A stretch of 64,000 nucleotides of DNA from an uncultured Lachnospiraceae bacterium (GCA_946544235.1 CAMNMC010000077.1:1239-65238); one strand, 5' to 3'. Shown: positions 49,785 to 60,046, counted from the first letter of the stretch. Notes: generated by a model not told the origin, from the letters alone. Translations and numbers: made by a program.

Positions 49785-51599
49785 ATGTGCGGAATAATCG
49801 GATTTACAGGGGAGAAGCCTGTAAAAAATATACTTATCAACGGCCTTGAACAGCTTGAATACAGAGGATATGACAGCGCAGGAATAGCTGTGCTCAGTGA
49901 GAGCGGGATCAAGATAAAGAAGAGAACCGGAAAGGTTGCCCAGCTCAGAGAAGCAGCAATGGATCTTGCAGATGATGCTTTCTGCGGCATCGGTCACACA
50001 AGGTGGGCTACCCACGGCGGAGTTACGGACATAAATGCGCATCCTCACAAATGTGGAAGCGTTGTCCTTATTCATAACGGTATTATCGAGAATTATCGTG
50101 AGCTTATCTCTGATTACGGTCTTAAGAATAAGCTGGTTTCCGAGACAGATACAGAGGTTGTTGCAGCACTTCTCGATACTCTTTATACCGGAGATCCTAT
50201 CAAGGCAATCAGAAAGGCAGTTGACCGAATAATCGGTTCCTTTGCTCTCTGTATCATGTTTGAAGATCATCCGGGCGAAATATATGCAGTAAGAAATGTC
50301 AGTCCTATGGTTGCCTCTTCATTTGAAGGCAATTCTATCATCGCTTCAGATATTACAGCAATAATCCCATATACAAAAAATTATTTTGTAGTTCCTGAAT
50401 ATCATATTCTCACCATGGGCAAAGGCACCATAAAGTGTGAGGACATGAATGGTAAAACAGTTGAGCCGGAAATACTTACGGTCAACTGGGACGTATCCTC
50501 TGCTCAGAAGGGCGGTTATCCGTATTTCATGCTTAAAGAGATCTATGAGCAGCCGGATGCCCTTGACAGGACTGTCAGACCGAGAGTTAAGGATGGACTT
50601 CCATACCTTCTTGAGGATGGCATAAGTGACAGCCTTTTTGAGAAGATTAAGAGGATAAATGTTATTGCCTGCGGTACTGCGATGCATGCCGGAATGGTTG
50701 GAAGATACGTATTTGAGACAAAGCTCAGAGTACCTGTAAATGTTGAAATAGCATCTGAATTCAGATATAAGGATCCGATAGTGGACAGCGAGACACTGAC
50801 TATCGTTCTTTCACAGTCGGGAGAGACGATCGATACTCTCGAGGCACTCAGACTTGCCAAGAAAAAGGGCAGTCCGGTTCTTTCAATCGTTAACGTTAAG
50901 GGATCGACCATTGCCAGAGAGAGTGATTACGTTCTCTACACTCATGCCGGTCCGGAGATTGCGGTTGCAAGTACCAAGGCTTATACAGTTCAGATCGCAG
51001 CTATGTATCTCCTGGCCTGCAGATATGGCCTTGTTAAGGGTGTGATGAGTGAGGAAGAGGCCAGGGAATTTATCGCCAAGCTTGAAAATGTAAGAGAGCT
51101 TATCGATGAAACACTGAAGAATGCGAACAGGATCAAGATGGTTGCAAACCGCATCATGATCGCACCTGATGTTTTCTATATCGGAAGAGGTATCGATTAT
51201 ATCCTCAGTCTTGAGGCATCTCTTAAGCTTAAGGAAATATCATACATCCATTCTGAGGCTTATGCGGCAGGCGAGCTTAAACACGGAACCATTGCTCTGA
51301 TATCGGAAAATGTTCCTGTTATTGCCATTGCAACAGAGGAGAATGTTCACAGTAAGCTGATCTCCAATGTAAAGGAGGTTAAGTCAAGAGGAGCTTATGT
51401 AGTTCTCGTGAGTCACGATGAGCCGCTTAATGATCCGAGTGTCTGCGATATGCAGATACGCCTTCCTGAGGCTGACAGTATCTTTTCAGTCTTCGCAACG
51501 GCGGTTGTACTTCAGCTTATCGCTTACTACACCTCCGATGCCAAGGGACTTGATGTCGATAAGCCGCGTAATCTTGCAAAATCCGTAACCGTTGAGTAA
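49785..51599 (+). CDS. glmS: Glutamine-fructose-6-phosphate aminotransferase
   Basis: Must start at MCGIIG (catalytic Cys1); 'LEYRGYDSAG', 'HTRWATHG', 'SQSGET', C-terminal 'PRNLAKSVTVE'. Confidence 0.98.
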   Translation: MCGIIGFTGEKPVKNILINGLEQLEYRGYDSAGIAVLSESGIKIKKRTGKVAQLREAAMDLADDAFCGIGHTRWATHGGVTDINAHPHKCGSVVLIHNGIIENYRELISDYGLKNKLVSETDTEVVAALLDTLYTGDPIKAIRKAVDRIIGSFALCIMFEDHPGEIYAVRNVSPMVASSFEGNSIIASDITAIIPYTKNYFVVPEYHILTMGKGTIKCEDMNGKTVEPEILTVNWDVSSAQKGGYPYFMLKEIYEQPDALDRTVRPRVKDGLPYLLEDGISDSLFEKIKRINVIACGTAMHAGMVGRYVFETKLRVPVNVEIASEFRYKDPIVDSETLTIVLSQSGETIDTLEALRLAKKKGSPVLSIVNVKGSTIARESDYVLYTHAGPEIAVASTKAYTVQIAAMYLLACRYGLVKGVMSEEEAREFIAKLENVRELIDETLKNANRIKMVANRIMIAPDVFYIGRGIDYILSLEASLKLKEISYIHSEAYAAGELKHGTIALISENVPVIAIATEENVHSKLISNVKEVKSRGAYVVLVSHDEPLNDPSVCDMQIRLPEADSIFSVFATAVVLQLIAYYTSDAKGLDVDKPRNLAKSVTVE

Positions 51600-51700
51600 G
51601 ATTATCAAGATTGTTAAATATTATTAAGTTGACTATCCTTATCAGATGATTATAATAAGCATAGCATTATTAACTTAAAGTCGAGTAAAGGATTGTTTAT

Positions 51701-52375
51701 ATGAAGAGAAAGAAGATATTTGCCGTTATCCTGGCATGCATGGTGTGTTTGTCATTTGCAGCCTGCGGCGGCAAGAAAACAAAAAAATATCAGAAATATG
51801 TCAATGATCTCATCACGGCAAATTATCTGGGAGCAACCGATGACTACATCGAAGCAACCGGTGCCAACAAGAGCGATGCCGAGGAGATGTATGAAAACAA
51901 CAAGCTGAGGCTTGCCGGAGCACTGGAGTCGTATTACGGACTGAATATCAATTCAGATGACGAACTCTTTGATGATCTGAAGGAGCTTGCAGGCATTATT
52001 TACGGTGCTGCCAAGTATTCGGCAGGGGAACCTGTTAAGAAGGGCGGAAGCTATCAGATCGATGTTACGGTTTATCCGATCGACATACTCAATCAGACCG
52101 ATGAAGAAGTTAAGGCCTATGTTGACAGCTTTAACGAAAGAGTATCGGCAGGCGAGTTCAATAATTACGAGAAGGAAACTTACGAGCATGAATTTGCCGA
52201 AGGCATTGTTGACATATTGAAGACTGCGGTTAAAGATATGAAATATGCCGATCCTCAGACGATTACCGTTACGATAATAGTTGAGGGGGATACTTTCTAT
52301 ATCAGTAACGATGACTTTATCAAGATTGATGACGCGATGATCGCGGCATATCGCGGTGGCGAGTCGGATCAGTAA
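51701..52375 (+). CDS. Lipoprotein, unknown function
   Basis: Lipobox 'SFAAC'; upstream TTGACT-16-TATAAT at 51629-51656. Confidence 0.8.
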   Translation: MKRKKIFAVILACMVCLSFAACGGKKTKKYQKYVNDLITANYLGATDDYIEATGANKSDAEEMYENNKLRLAGALESYYGLNINSDDELFDDLKELAGIIYGAAKYSAGEPVKKGGSYQIDVTVYPIDILNQTDEEVKAYVDSFNERVSAGEFNNYEKETYEHEFAEGIVDILKTAVKDMKYADPQTITVTIIVEGDTFYISNDDFIKIDDAMIAAYRGGESDQ

Positions 52376-52450
52376 TGATATCGATACAGTAATTATATTT
52401 AACTTATATTGAACGAGATATCGGTAGATCATATTTAATATCAAATATCA

Positions 52451-52483
52451 AAAGGCGGTGGCAGATAATCTGTCACCGCCTTT
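52451..52483. terminator. Intrinsic terminator
   Basis: aaaggcggtggcaga / tctgtcaccgccttt. Confidence 0.8.
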
Positions 52484-52578
52484 ATACGTACTGAACGAGT
52501 CCGAAGGACTCATGAATTCGTACTTAGCAACTCTGATAAAATACTGATGAAAAAGACAGCCCGATATGGTAAAATATA

Positions 52579-52716
52579 ATGGATTTCAATCAGGTGGATC
52601 CGGTCGGTATATTTGACTCAATCAGCTGCGTAACTGACTGGATAGATGTCCTGATGGGACTGAATGACGGCGACAGGATCTACGAAGAGTGTATCGAGAG
52701 GCTGGGAGAGCTGTAA
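52579..52716 (+). CDS. Possible unannotated 45-aa protein
   Basis: MDFNQVDPVGIFDSISCVTDWIDVLMGLNDGDRIYEECIERLGEL*; host-like codons, no SD. Confidence 0.3.
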   Translation: MDFNQVDPVGIFDSISCVTDWIDVLMGLNDGDRIYEECIERLGEL

Positions 52717-52979
52717 TAATTTAAGTTCATGCAATAGATGAACAAGCCTGCTGCGCAGTCTTTCGGCTCTTTGAGCCGGAAGTTCATCGATTATGAGGCG
52801 ACGAACAGATTAGTAATAAAATATTAATAAAAATCAAGTGACGAGAAAAACTCTTTGTGTTATACTATTTTTGGTGCTGCTAAAGGACACGGGTCGGAGC
52901 AGTTACGAGTAAGAGTGAACTTCTGAGCCGTATTTAACAAACAAAACAGAATAGATCAGGTGAAAGGGGCTAAAGTAAA

Positions 52980-53837
52980 GTGGACAAGGTAGAATTTAAA
53001 TCAGTATCATTTGGTGGATATGATAAGAAGGCCGTTGACAGCTATATCGAAGAGTCACAGGCTAATTATGAGAAGCAGATCCAGGAGCAGAAGGAAAAGC
53101 TTGAAAAGCTCGGTGAAACTGTTAAGAGTCTCCAGACAATGAGAGACGTAAATATGAATGAATCAAAGGAGACCATTGACAGTCTTAAGTCTGTTAATGA
53201 GAATCTTCAGGCTGAGGTTGAAAAGCTGAAGGTAGAGCTCAGCACATACAGAGAGAAGGAAAGTGAGTCAGCTTTAAGATATGAATCAATTTCCAAGACT
53301 CTTCTTGCAGCACAGGAATCAGCTACTTCACAGGTTGCAAAGACCAATGCAGAGTGTGAGCAGAAGCTTGCAGAGACTACAGCTCAGTGTCAGCAGATGC
53401 TTGAGGAGACAACAGCTCACTGCGAGAGCATGAAGGCTCAGACAGAGGCTGAGTGTGCACAGCTTACATCTCAGACAGAGAATGAATGTGCAAACAAGAA
53501 ATATGCAACAGAAGCATATTGTGATGATCTTACAAGAAAGACTGAGGAAGCTGCAGCAGAGCTTAAGAATCGTACAGAAGCTGAGGCAGCTAACCTTAAG
53601 AATGTTACAGAGGTTAACTGTGCTAATCTCCTTGAGGAGACAACAAAGCAGTGCGATGAGAAGAAGGCTGCAACACGTGATGAGGTTCTTCAGACCAGAA
53701 CAACAGTTAAGCGTGAGTGTGAGAGCATAAGCGAGTTTATTTCACAGCTTATGGCATCAGTTAAGAAGGTTTCTGCAGCATGTGAAGAAACCAAGGCTTT
53801 CGCTGACAGTGCATTTGGAGATGTAAGCGCACAGTAA
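52980..53837 (+). CDS. DivIVA-domain coiled-coil protein
   Basis: 'FKSVSFGGYDKKAVDSYI' DivIVA N-terminal motif and a long coiled coil. Confidence 0.8.
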   Translation: MDKVEFKSVSFGGYDKKAVDSYIEESQANYEKQIQEQKEKLEKLGETVKSLQTMRDVNMNESKETIDSLKSVNENLQAEVEKLKVELSTYREKESESALRYESISKTLLAAQESATSQVAKTNAECEQKLAETTAQCQQMLEETTAHCESMKAQTEAECAQLTSQTENECANKKYATEAYCDDLTRKTEEAAAELKNRTEAEAANLKNVTEVNCANLLEETTKQCDEKKAATRDEVLQTRTTVKRECESISEFISQLMASVKKVSAACEETKAFADSAFGDVSAQ

Positions 53838-53871
53838 GCACAGAGCTTCTATAGATTGAAACAAATTGTAT

Positions 53872-53908
53872 ACTCCGCCACTACTACTAAGATAGTGGTG
53901 GAGTTTTT
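53872..53908 (+). terminator. Intrinsic terminator
   Basis: actccgccacta / tagtggtggagt followed by TTTT. Confidence 0.75.
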
Positions 53909-53932
53909 GAGCATAACAGGGGTTACTGCATT

Positions 53933-55705
53933 ATGGGGTCAGAATTTGATTATGTTGCGAGAGCTCTCACTGAGCAGGGGACGGTCGTTCTGGTAGAGAG
54001 TCTCTTCTTTTCAGGACAGCTGCTTCGCAGATCCATAAAATATATTTCAGATAATGCCGGCGTGATCGGGATGAATAAAACAGCCATTATGAGTGGTTTC
54101 AGGCTTCCTATAGACTATGTTCATCCGGAGGACAGAGAGGAATTTGTCAATACGATCACAGTGGCCATGGAGTCAGGGGTAAACTTTGCCTACACTCTCA
54201 GAATAGTCGGAGATGACGGAAAACTGCGCACCGTTGAGTTTAGGGTTATATTCCTTTCCAACGGAGAAAATGAGACTGAGGTTGAATATCTGATCCATGA
54301 TGCTGAAAATAGGGCAGTAAGAACTGACAGCATAGAGACGAAGATATCGAAGGAAGTTGCCGAAGAGAAGGTCGATAAGTCAAATACAGATCATGTTCTT
54401 GACGTTCTGGCGGAGAATAATCTTGCGGAGTTCTTCCAGAATATTTCATGTGCATTCAATCTGTATTCAAGTATCGTTGATAATAAGGGCAGGATACTTA
54501 CCCGACCTGTCGGACCTGAGGGCTTCCTCGGGGATTTCTATGATCTCTTTGAGAGACCACATTACAGAGAGCTTTTCAGGAGGCTGAAGAAGAGGGTTCA
54601 GGATGAAGGAGAACCATTCATCTCTGATATGGGTAACGGCAATCCGGACAACCTTATTTCGGCAGCTCCTATATATGTTGAGGACAGACTTGTTGCAACA
54701 TGGCTGCTTTGCGCATATGACAAGAAGCAGGCAGAGGATCTCAGGGTTATCTATAAGAAACAATGGGATATCGCTGATAATGTTTCGACATATATGATCA
54801 AGATAAATACTTCTGCTCAGAAGGCTGAAAAGCTGAAAAAGCTTGAGCAGGATATTGAACGTCAGATCAGAAGAAAGGAGATCATCTCCGATGCAATAAC
54901 CAAGCTGACTGACGGAATGACCGGAATAAGCAGTCTGTTTGAGGCAGCCGGAACCGAGATGAAGGTGGACTATATCGCTATGTTCGGCCGCACCTCACCG
55001 GATTCGGATACCTTTGAGTATAAACGCGCATGGTTTTCACATGGTCGTAATAAGACTGTTATTGATTCAACCTGGAATACCAGGAGATATGCCGAAGAAT
55101 ATGATATCATCAAGAAGAATGGCTGTCTCATTATTGATCATAAGAATATGACCAACCGTATCAGAGTAGGCATCTTCCACGGAAATGTCAGAGCGGTTAT
55201 GATCATCCCGGTTGTTATTGACGGCCAGGATGTGGCTTATATCGTATTCTGCGAGAATCAGGCGGAAAGAACATGGACCGATGATGATATAGCCTTTGCC
55301 AAAGAGGTTACGGATGTGGCGAGTCGTATCATAAGATTTGCTACAGGAGAGGAAAGTGCGGATCAGGCCAATAAAACCCTGCTGGATATATACAATTACC
55401 TTTCTGTAGGTATATTTATCAAGGATGATCAAAGCGGAAAGGTTATATTTTCAAACAGAACAATGAACAATATGCTGGGCTATGATTTCACCGGTGGCGA
55501 CAGCAGGATCATAGTAGCTCATTCGGGTAATACCATGGGCTTTGGTGAAACAACAGACAGAAACAGAGTTACAAATTGGAGAAAATATATAGATTCACTG
55601 GTTAAGATAGTTGATATAACCGAGATAAGGATTAAATGGCTGAATGGTGAGCCTGCATCGGTATATATCGTTCGTCCGGTGGATGAAAAACCTGCTGAGC
55701 AGTAG
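53933..55705 (+). CDS. PAS + PocR + GAF sensory protein
   Basis: 'VHPEDRE' PAS, PocR-like 'SIVDNKGRIL...AAPIYVEDRLVATW', GAF 'RTWTDDDIAF', C-terminal PAS-like region. Confidence 0.75.
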   Translation: MGSEFDYVARALTEQGTVVLVESLFFSGQLLRRSIKYISDNAGVIGMNKTAIMSGFRLPIDYVHPEDREEFVNTITVAMESGVNFAYTLRIVGDDGKLRTVEFRVIFLSNGENETEVEYLIHDAENRAVRTDSIETKISKEVAEEKVDKSNTDHVLDVLAENNLAEFFQNISCAFNLYSSIVDNKGRILTRPVGPEGFLGDFYDLFERPHYRELFRRLKKRVQDEGEPFISDMGNGNPDNLISAAPIYVEDRLVATWLLCAYDKKQAEDLRVIYKKQWDIADNVSTYMIKINTSAQKAEKLKKLEQDIERQIRRKEIISDAITKLTDGMTGISSLFEAAGTEMKVDYIAMFGRTSPDSDTFEYKRAWFSHGRNKTVIDSTWNTRRYAEEYDIIKKNGCLIIDHKNMTNRIRVGIFHGNVRAVMIIPVVIDGQDVAYIVFCENQAERTWTDDDIAFAKEVTDVASRIIRFATGEESADQANKTLLDIYNYLSVGIFIKDDQSGKVIFSNRTMNNMLGYDFTGGDSRIIVAHSGNTMGFGETTDRNRVTNWRKYIDSLVKIVDITEIRIKWLNGEPASVYIVRPVDEKPAEQ

Positions 55706-55786
55706 ATATGCGGAAAGGCCGGGAAGCTTTTGACGAATGGCTGGGACGACTGCTTAAAATGGCGGGAGGATAGAAAGGAAATAACA

Positions 55787-56776
55787 ATGGCAAGTACAGA
55801 TATTGGAATAGATCTCGGAACCTCCAGTATACTTGTATATGTTAAGGGTAAGGGCGTTGTATTAAACGAGCCTTCTGTTGTTGCATATGACAGGGATACT
55901 GACAAGATAGTTGAGATCGGCGAGGAAGCGCGCCTTATGCTCGGTCGTACACCGGGTAACATAGTTGCGATCAAACCGCTCAGACACGGGGTTATTTCGG
56001 ATTATACTACCACTGAGAAGATGCTTAAATACTTCATAAAGAAGGCTGTAGGAAGGAATCTCTTCGGACGTAGACCATGTATAAGTGTATGCGTTCCTTC
56101 GGGTGTTACCGAGGTTGAGAAGAGGGCGGTGGAGTCAGCTACCTACAATGCCGGAGCGAGAGATGTTACGATCATCGAGGAGCCTGTGGCGGCAGCCATC
56201 GGCGCCGGAATAGATATTATGCGTCCTTGCGGCAACCTTATAGTTGATATTGGTGGAGGAACAACTGATATAGCTGTTATCTCTCTCGGAGGAACAGTTG
56301 TCAGCTCATCAATCAAGGTTGCGGGCGATGATTTCGATGATGCTATCATCAGATATATGAAGAAGTCATTTAATCTTCTGATCGGCGATAGAACTGCTGA
56401 GGAGATCAAGATAAATATCGGTACATGCTACAAGCGACCAGAGAACATCTCCATGGATGTTCGAGGCAGAAATATGGTTTCCGGTCTTCCGAAGACCGTA
56501 ACAGTTGCTTCCGATGATATTGAGGAGGCACTCAGGGAGCCGACCTCGCAGATAGTTGAAGCTATCAGAAGTGTACTTGAGAAGACACCGCCTGAGCTTG
56601 CTGCTGATATCTCAAACAGAGGTATAGTTCTCACCGGTGGAGGATCAATGCTTCACGGTCTTGAGGAACTGATCGAGGAGAAGACGGGTATCACTACCAT
56701 GACCGCTGAGGATCCTATGTCGGCAGTTGCCATCGGAACAGGTAAGTATGTTGAGTATTTCAATGGAAATGTATAA
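55787..56776 (+). CDS. mreB: Rod shape-determining protein MreB/Mbl
   Basis: 'DIGIDLGT', 'EPSVVA', 'EEPVAAAIGAG', 'VDIGGGTTD', 'LTGGG'. Confidence 0.95.
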   Translation: MASTDIGIDLGTSSILVYVKGKGVVLNEPSVVAYDRDTDKIVEIGEEARLMLGRTPGNIVAIKPLRHGVISDYTTTEKMLKYFIKKAVGRNLFGRRPCISVCVPSGVTEVEKRAVESATYNAGARDVTIIEEPVAAAIGAGIDIMRPCGNLIVDIGGGTTDIAVISLGGTVVSSSIKVAGDDFDDAIIRYMKKSFNLLIGDRTAEEIKINIGTCYKRPENISMDVRGRNMVSGLPKTVTVASDDIEEALREPTSQIVEAIRSVLEKTPPELAADISNRGIVLTGGGSMLHGLEELIEEKTGITTMTAEDPMSAVAIGTGKYVEYFNGNV

Positions 56777-56808
56777 ATTGCTGCGGCGATAGTCCGCGGA
56801 GATATAAT

Positions 56809-56835
56809 TCGCACCGCCACATTCTGGCGGTGCGA
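56809..56835 (+). terminator. GC-rich hairpin after mreB
   Basis: tcgcaccgcca / tggcggtgcga; weak U-tract. Confidence 0.5.
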
Positions 56836-56975
56836 TTGCGTCCTGCAGGGGATGAGGAGAAAATGCAAGCTATGTGTTCTGCAGGGATTGAGGAAAAAGT
56901 GCAATCCTGCGTCCTGAACGGATTCTGAGCAGAGACCCGGGACTTGTGTGTTGATTGTATTAAGATGAGGAAACA

Positions 56976-59333
56976 ATGGTTCGAGAAGGGTATATTGAGA
57001 AAATAATATACAGAAACGATGATAACGGTTATTCGGTATTTACCGTGGAGACGACGGAGGGCGAGGAGGTCTTCGTCGGAAATATGGCCTCAGGCAACGA
57101 GGGCATGTACATTATCGCTACAGGTGAGTTCGTGCATCATCCACAGTACGATATCCAGTTCAAATTCACTGAATATGAGATAAAGCTCCCTGATGATGCG
57201 GATGGAATAGAGAGATATCTGGGTTCGGGGATCATTAAGGGTATCGGTGAAGTGACCGCTAAGCGTATCGTTCAGAAATTCGGAACGGATACTCTCAGGA
57301 TCATGGAGGAGGAGCCGGAGAGGCTTGCCGAGATCAAGGGTATTTCCCTGAATAAAGCGCAGAAAATCGCGGTTTCTTTTTCGGAAAACAGAGAATTCCA
57401 GAACGTGATAATCTTCCTTTCGCAGTATAATATCAGCATCAATCTTGCAATGAAGATTTTTAACGAATATGGCGAAGGTGTTTACGGTATCATCAGCAGA
57501 AATCCTTATCAGATTGCTGAGGATATTCCGGGAGTCGGCTTCAGGACGGCGGATGATATAGCTCGTAAGGTCGGAATTCCCGAAGATTCTGAATTCAGAG
57601 TGAGGTCGGCTGTTCTCTATGTGCTGAGCCAGGCGATGAGCTTCGGACATATGTATCTTCCGAAGGAAATGCTGATCGGATCCGTAAGAGAGCTGCTGGC
57701 ATTTTATCCGGAGCAGCCGGACGATGTTATTATAGAGCAGCTTGATGATCTGGTGGCTGAGGGCGCAGCTGTTGTCGAAGAATATACAGAGAAATATAAG
57801 GTCAGAAAAGAAATATCTGATGATTCATCTTATGCTGCTGATAATACTGTTTCTTCATCTGCTGACGATGAAGGTAATGAATCCGGATCATATATCTATG
57901 AAAGCAGAACAATGGAAGCGGTATATTCCTCGACGAATTATGGCATCGAGAAGAGTAGCGCGAGGATGCTTGCTGACCTCATGCTGAGACATGACATACC
58001 ATACGAAGAGATAAATGAATGCATAGAAGCTATAGAGGCGAAGGATGATCTGAATCTCGCCCCTGAGCAGAAGGCAGCTGTAATAAATGCAGTCAGCAGC
58101 GGTGTTGCAATTATCACCGGTGGTCCGGGAACAGGTAAGACTACTATAATCAATGTGATAATAGAGTATTTCCGAAATAATGGAATGGAGATAAAGCTTG
58201 CCGCGCCTACGGGCCGGGCGGCGAAGAGGATAACCGAGTCTACGGGCTTCAAGGCGTATACCGTACACAGAATGCTTGAATTCGTGGGTGAGCCGGGCGC
58301 TGATGAGGGCAGAGGACTTAAATTTAATCATAATAAAGCCAATCCTATTGAGGCGGATGCGATAATCGTTGATGAGGCTTCGATGCTTGACAGTATGCTT
58401 TTCAGAGCCTTGCTTACGGCTATAAGCTACGGTACAAGACTGATACTCGTGGGCGATACAGACCAGCTGCCGCCTGTCGGAGCAGGAAATGTGCTGAGAG
58501 ATATGATAGACAGCGGGCATTTCCCTGTGACCGAGCTTGTGAAGATATTCAGGCAGGATGAGAAGAGCATGATCGTACAGAATGCTCATATGATCAAAAA
58601 TGGTGAGCATGTTGTGATCGACAACAAGAACAGTGATTTCTTCTTCATTCCGAGACGTACACCGGCCGAGATACTTGGGGAGATAGAGACGCTTATCACA
58701 AAGAACCTTCCGGGTTATCTGGGGATTCAGCCGTCAGAGATAGAAGTACTCTCACCTATGAGAAAATACGAGCTGGGCGTTGAAAACCTGAACAAGAAGC
58801 TTCAGGGCACGCTTAATCCGGCTGCAAAAGGCAAGGCTGAGAAGGCTAAGGGCGATATCATCTTCAGAGTCGGTGACAAGGTCATGCAGATCAGAAATAA
58901 CTATCGTCTGGAGTGGGATATTTACAATGATAAAGGCGGCCTCGATGAGAGCGGAATAGGTGTATTTAACGGTGATACCGGAGTGATCACGTCGATAGAT
59001 GATTTCGACGAGGTTGTCACGGTTACGTTTGATGACAGAAGAGTTGTCGAGTATCCTTATGCAATGCTGGATGAGCTGGAGCATGCCTTTGCGGTTACGG
59101 TTCATAAATCGCAGGGCAGTGAGTATCCGGCAGTAATCATACCGCTTTACAGCGGTCCACCGAGACTTCTTTCGAGAAATCTTATCTACACGGCCGTTAC
59201 AAGAGCAAAAAATATGGTTGTTCTGGTCGGTAATCTGGGACTTATCAATCAGATGATAGATAATGCAGCCGAGCTTGCAAGATATACCGGCTTCCGGAGG
59301 AGACTGGATGAGGTTTTTGAAACTTTAGACTAG
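56976..59333 (+). CDS. recD2: RecD2-like SF1B helicase
   Basis: HhH motifs, 'TGGPGTGKTT', 'APTGRAAKR', 'VDEASM', 'GD.DQLPPVG', 'TVHKSQGSE', 'YTAVTRAK'. Confidence 0.95.
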   Translation: MVREGYIEKIIYRNDDNGYSVFTVETTEGEEVFVGNMASGNEGMYIIATGEFVHHPQYDIQFKFTEYEIKLPDDADGIERYLGSGIIKGIGEVTAKRIVQKFGTDTLRIMEEEPERLAEIKGISLNKAQKIAVSFSENREFQNVIIFLSQYNISINLAMKIFNEYGEGVYGIISRNPYQIAEDIPGVGFRTADDIARKVGIPEDSEFRVRSAVLYVLSQAMSFGHMYLPKEMLIGSVRELLAFYPEQPDDVIIEQLDDLVAEGAAVVEEYTEKYKVRKEISDDSSYAADNTVSSSADDEGNESGSYIYESRTMEAVYSSTNYGIEKSSARMLADLMLRHDIPYEEINECIEAIEAKDDLNLAPEQKAAVINAVSSGVAIITGGPGTGKTTIINVIIEYFRNNGMEIKLAAPTGRAAKRITESTGFKAYTVHRMLEFVGEPGADEGRGLKFNHNKANPIEADAIIVDEASMLDSMLFRALLTAISYGTRLILVGDTDQLPPVGAGNVLRDMIDSGHFPVTELVKIFRQDEKSMIVQNAHMIKNGEHVVIDNKNSDFFFIPRRTPAEILGEIETLITKNLPGYLGIQPSEIEVLSPMRKYELGVENLNKKLQGTLNPAAKGKAEKAKGDIIFRVGDKVMQIRNNYRLEWDIYNDKGGLDESGIGVFNGDTGVITSIDDFDEVVTVTFDDRRVVEYPYAMLDELEHAFAVTVHKSQGSEYPAVIIPLYSGPPRLLSRNLIYTAVTRAKNMVVLVGNLGLINQMIDNAAELARYTGFRRRLDEVFETLD

Positions 59334-59344
59334 AAAGGCGAAGA

Positions 59345-60046
59345 ATGCTTGAAAATATAAAGGATATCATATTCCCGCCGAGATGCGCGGTGTGTGATGC
59401 GGTGATTCCGCCGGGACAGAAGGGGATATGCAGCACCTGCAGGGTGAAGCTTTCTTATATCAGTGAGCCGCGTTGTTTGAAATGTGGCAAGGAGATAGAG
59501 GATGAGGCTGAAGAGTATTGTGATGACTGCAGTAAGACTAAGAGAAGCTACGAGCAGGGCTTTCCGCTCTTTAACTATGTGCCGCCGCTGTCGGATGCGA
59601 TAACAAGGCTGAAATATCACGGCAGGCAGGAATATGCCGCGGTTTATGGCAGGGAGATGGCGGCAGAGTATGGAAAGATATTTAAGAGGCTTGGTGTGGA
59701 ATGTTTTGTTCCCGTACCACTCCACAGTAAGAGGCTGAAGAAGAGAGGGTACAACCAGGCTGCGCTTATAGCCGCAGCGATATCGAAAGAAACCGGAATA
59801 CCGGTAAATGAGAAGCTGCTTGTCAGGTCGAAGAACACGGCTCCGCAGAAGGAGCTGAACGATACCGACAGAGAGAAGAATCTGCTGTCTGCATTTGCAA
59901 CGACGGATACAATTATTCCGGGAGTCGCTATGCTTGTGGATGATATTTACACGACCGGCGCAACTATCGAGGGCTGTACGAAGGTACTTCTTGCAGCCGG
60001 CGTGAATAAGGTATATTATACGAGTGTGGCAATCGGACGAGTATAA
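59345..60046 (+). CDS. comF: ComF family (double zinc ribbon + PRTase-like) protein
   Basis: Four CxxC pairs, 'VPVPLH..R...RGYNQA', 'LVDDIYTTGAT'. Confidence 0.92.
   Translation: MLENIKDIIFPPRCAVCDAVIPPGQKGICSTCRVKLSYISEPRCLKCGKEIEDEAEEYCDDCSKTKRSYEQGFPLFNYVPPLSDAITRLKYHGRQEYAAVYGREMAAEYGKIFKRLGVECFVPVPLHSKRLKKRGYNQAALIAAAISKETGIPVNEKLLVRSKNTAPQKELNDTDREKNLLSAFATTDTIIPGVAMLVDDIYTTGATIEGCTKVLLAAGVNKVYYTSVAIGRV

Noticed and set aside
51560-51700. Tn7 insertion at attTn7 (glmS 3' end)
   Set aside because: No Tn7 ends or tns genes downstream; an ordinary promoter and lipoprotein follow.
52488-52525. CTGAACGAG-TCC-GAA-GGA resembling a hammerhead stem II
   Set aside because: The core deviates from CUGANGA and the following CGAAA is absent.
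56837-56930. Three degenerate ~35-bp tandem units between mreB and recD2
   Set aside because: Adjacent with no spacers and decaying; looks like a local duplication, not CRISPR.
56976-59333. RecD2 as a TraA-like relaxase-helicase for the T4SS
   Set aside because: No HUH relaxase domain; standard chromosomal mreB-recD2-comF context, 25 kb from the T4SS.
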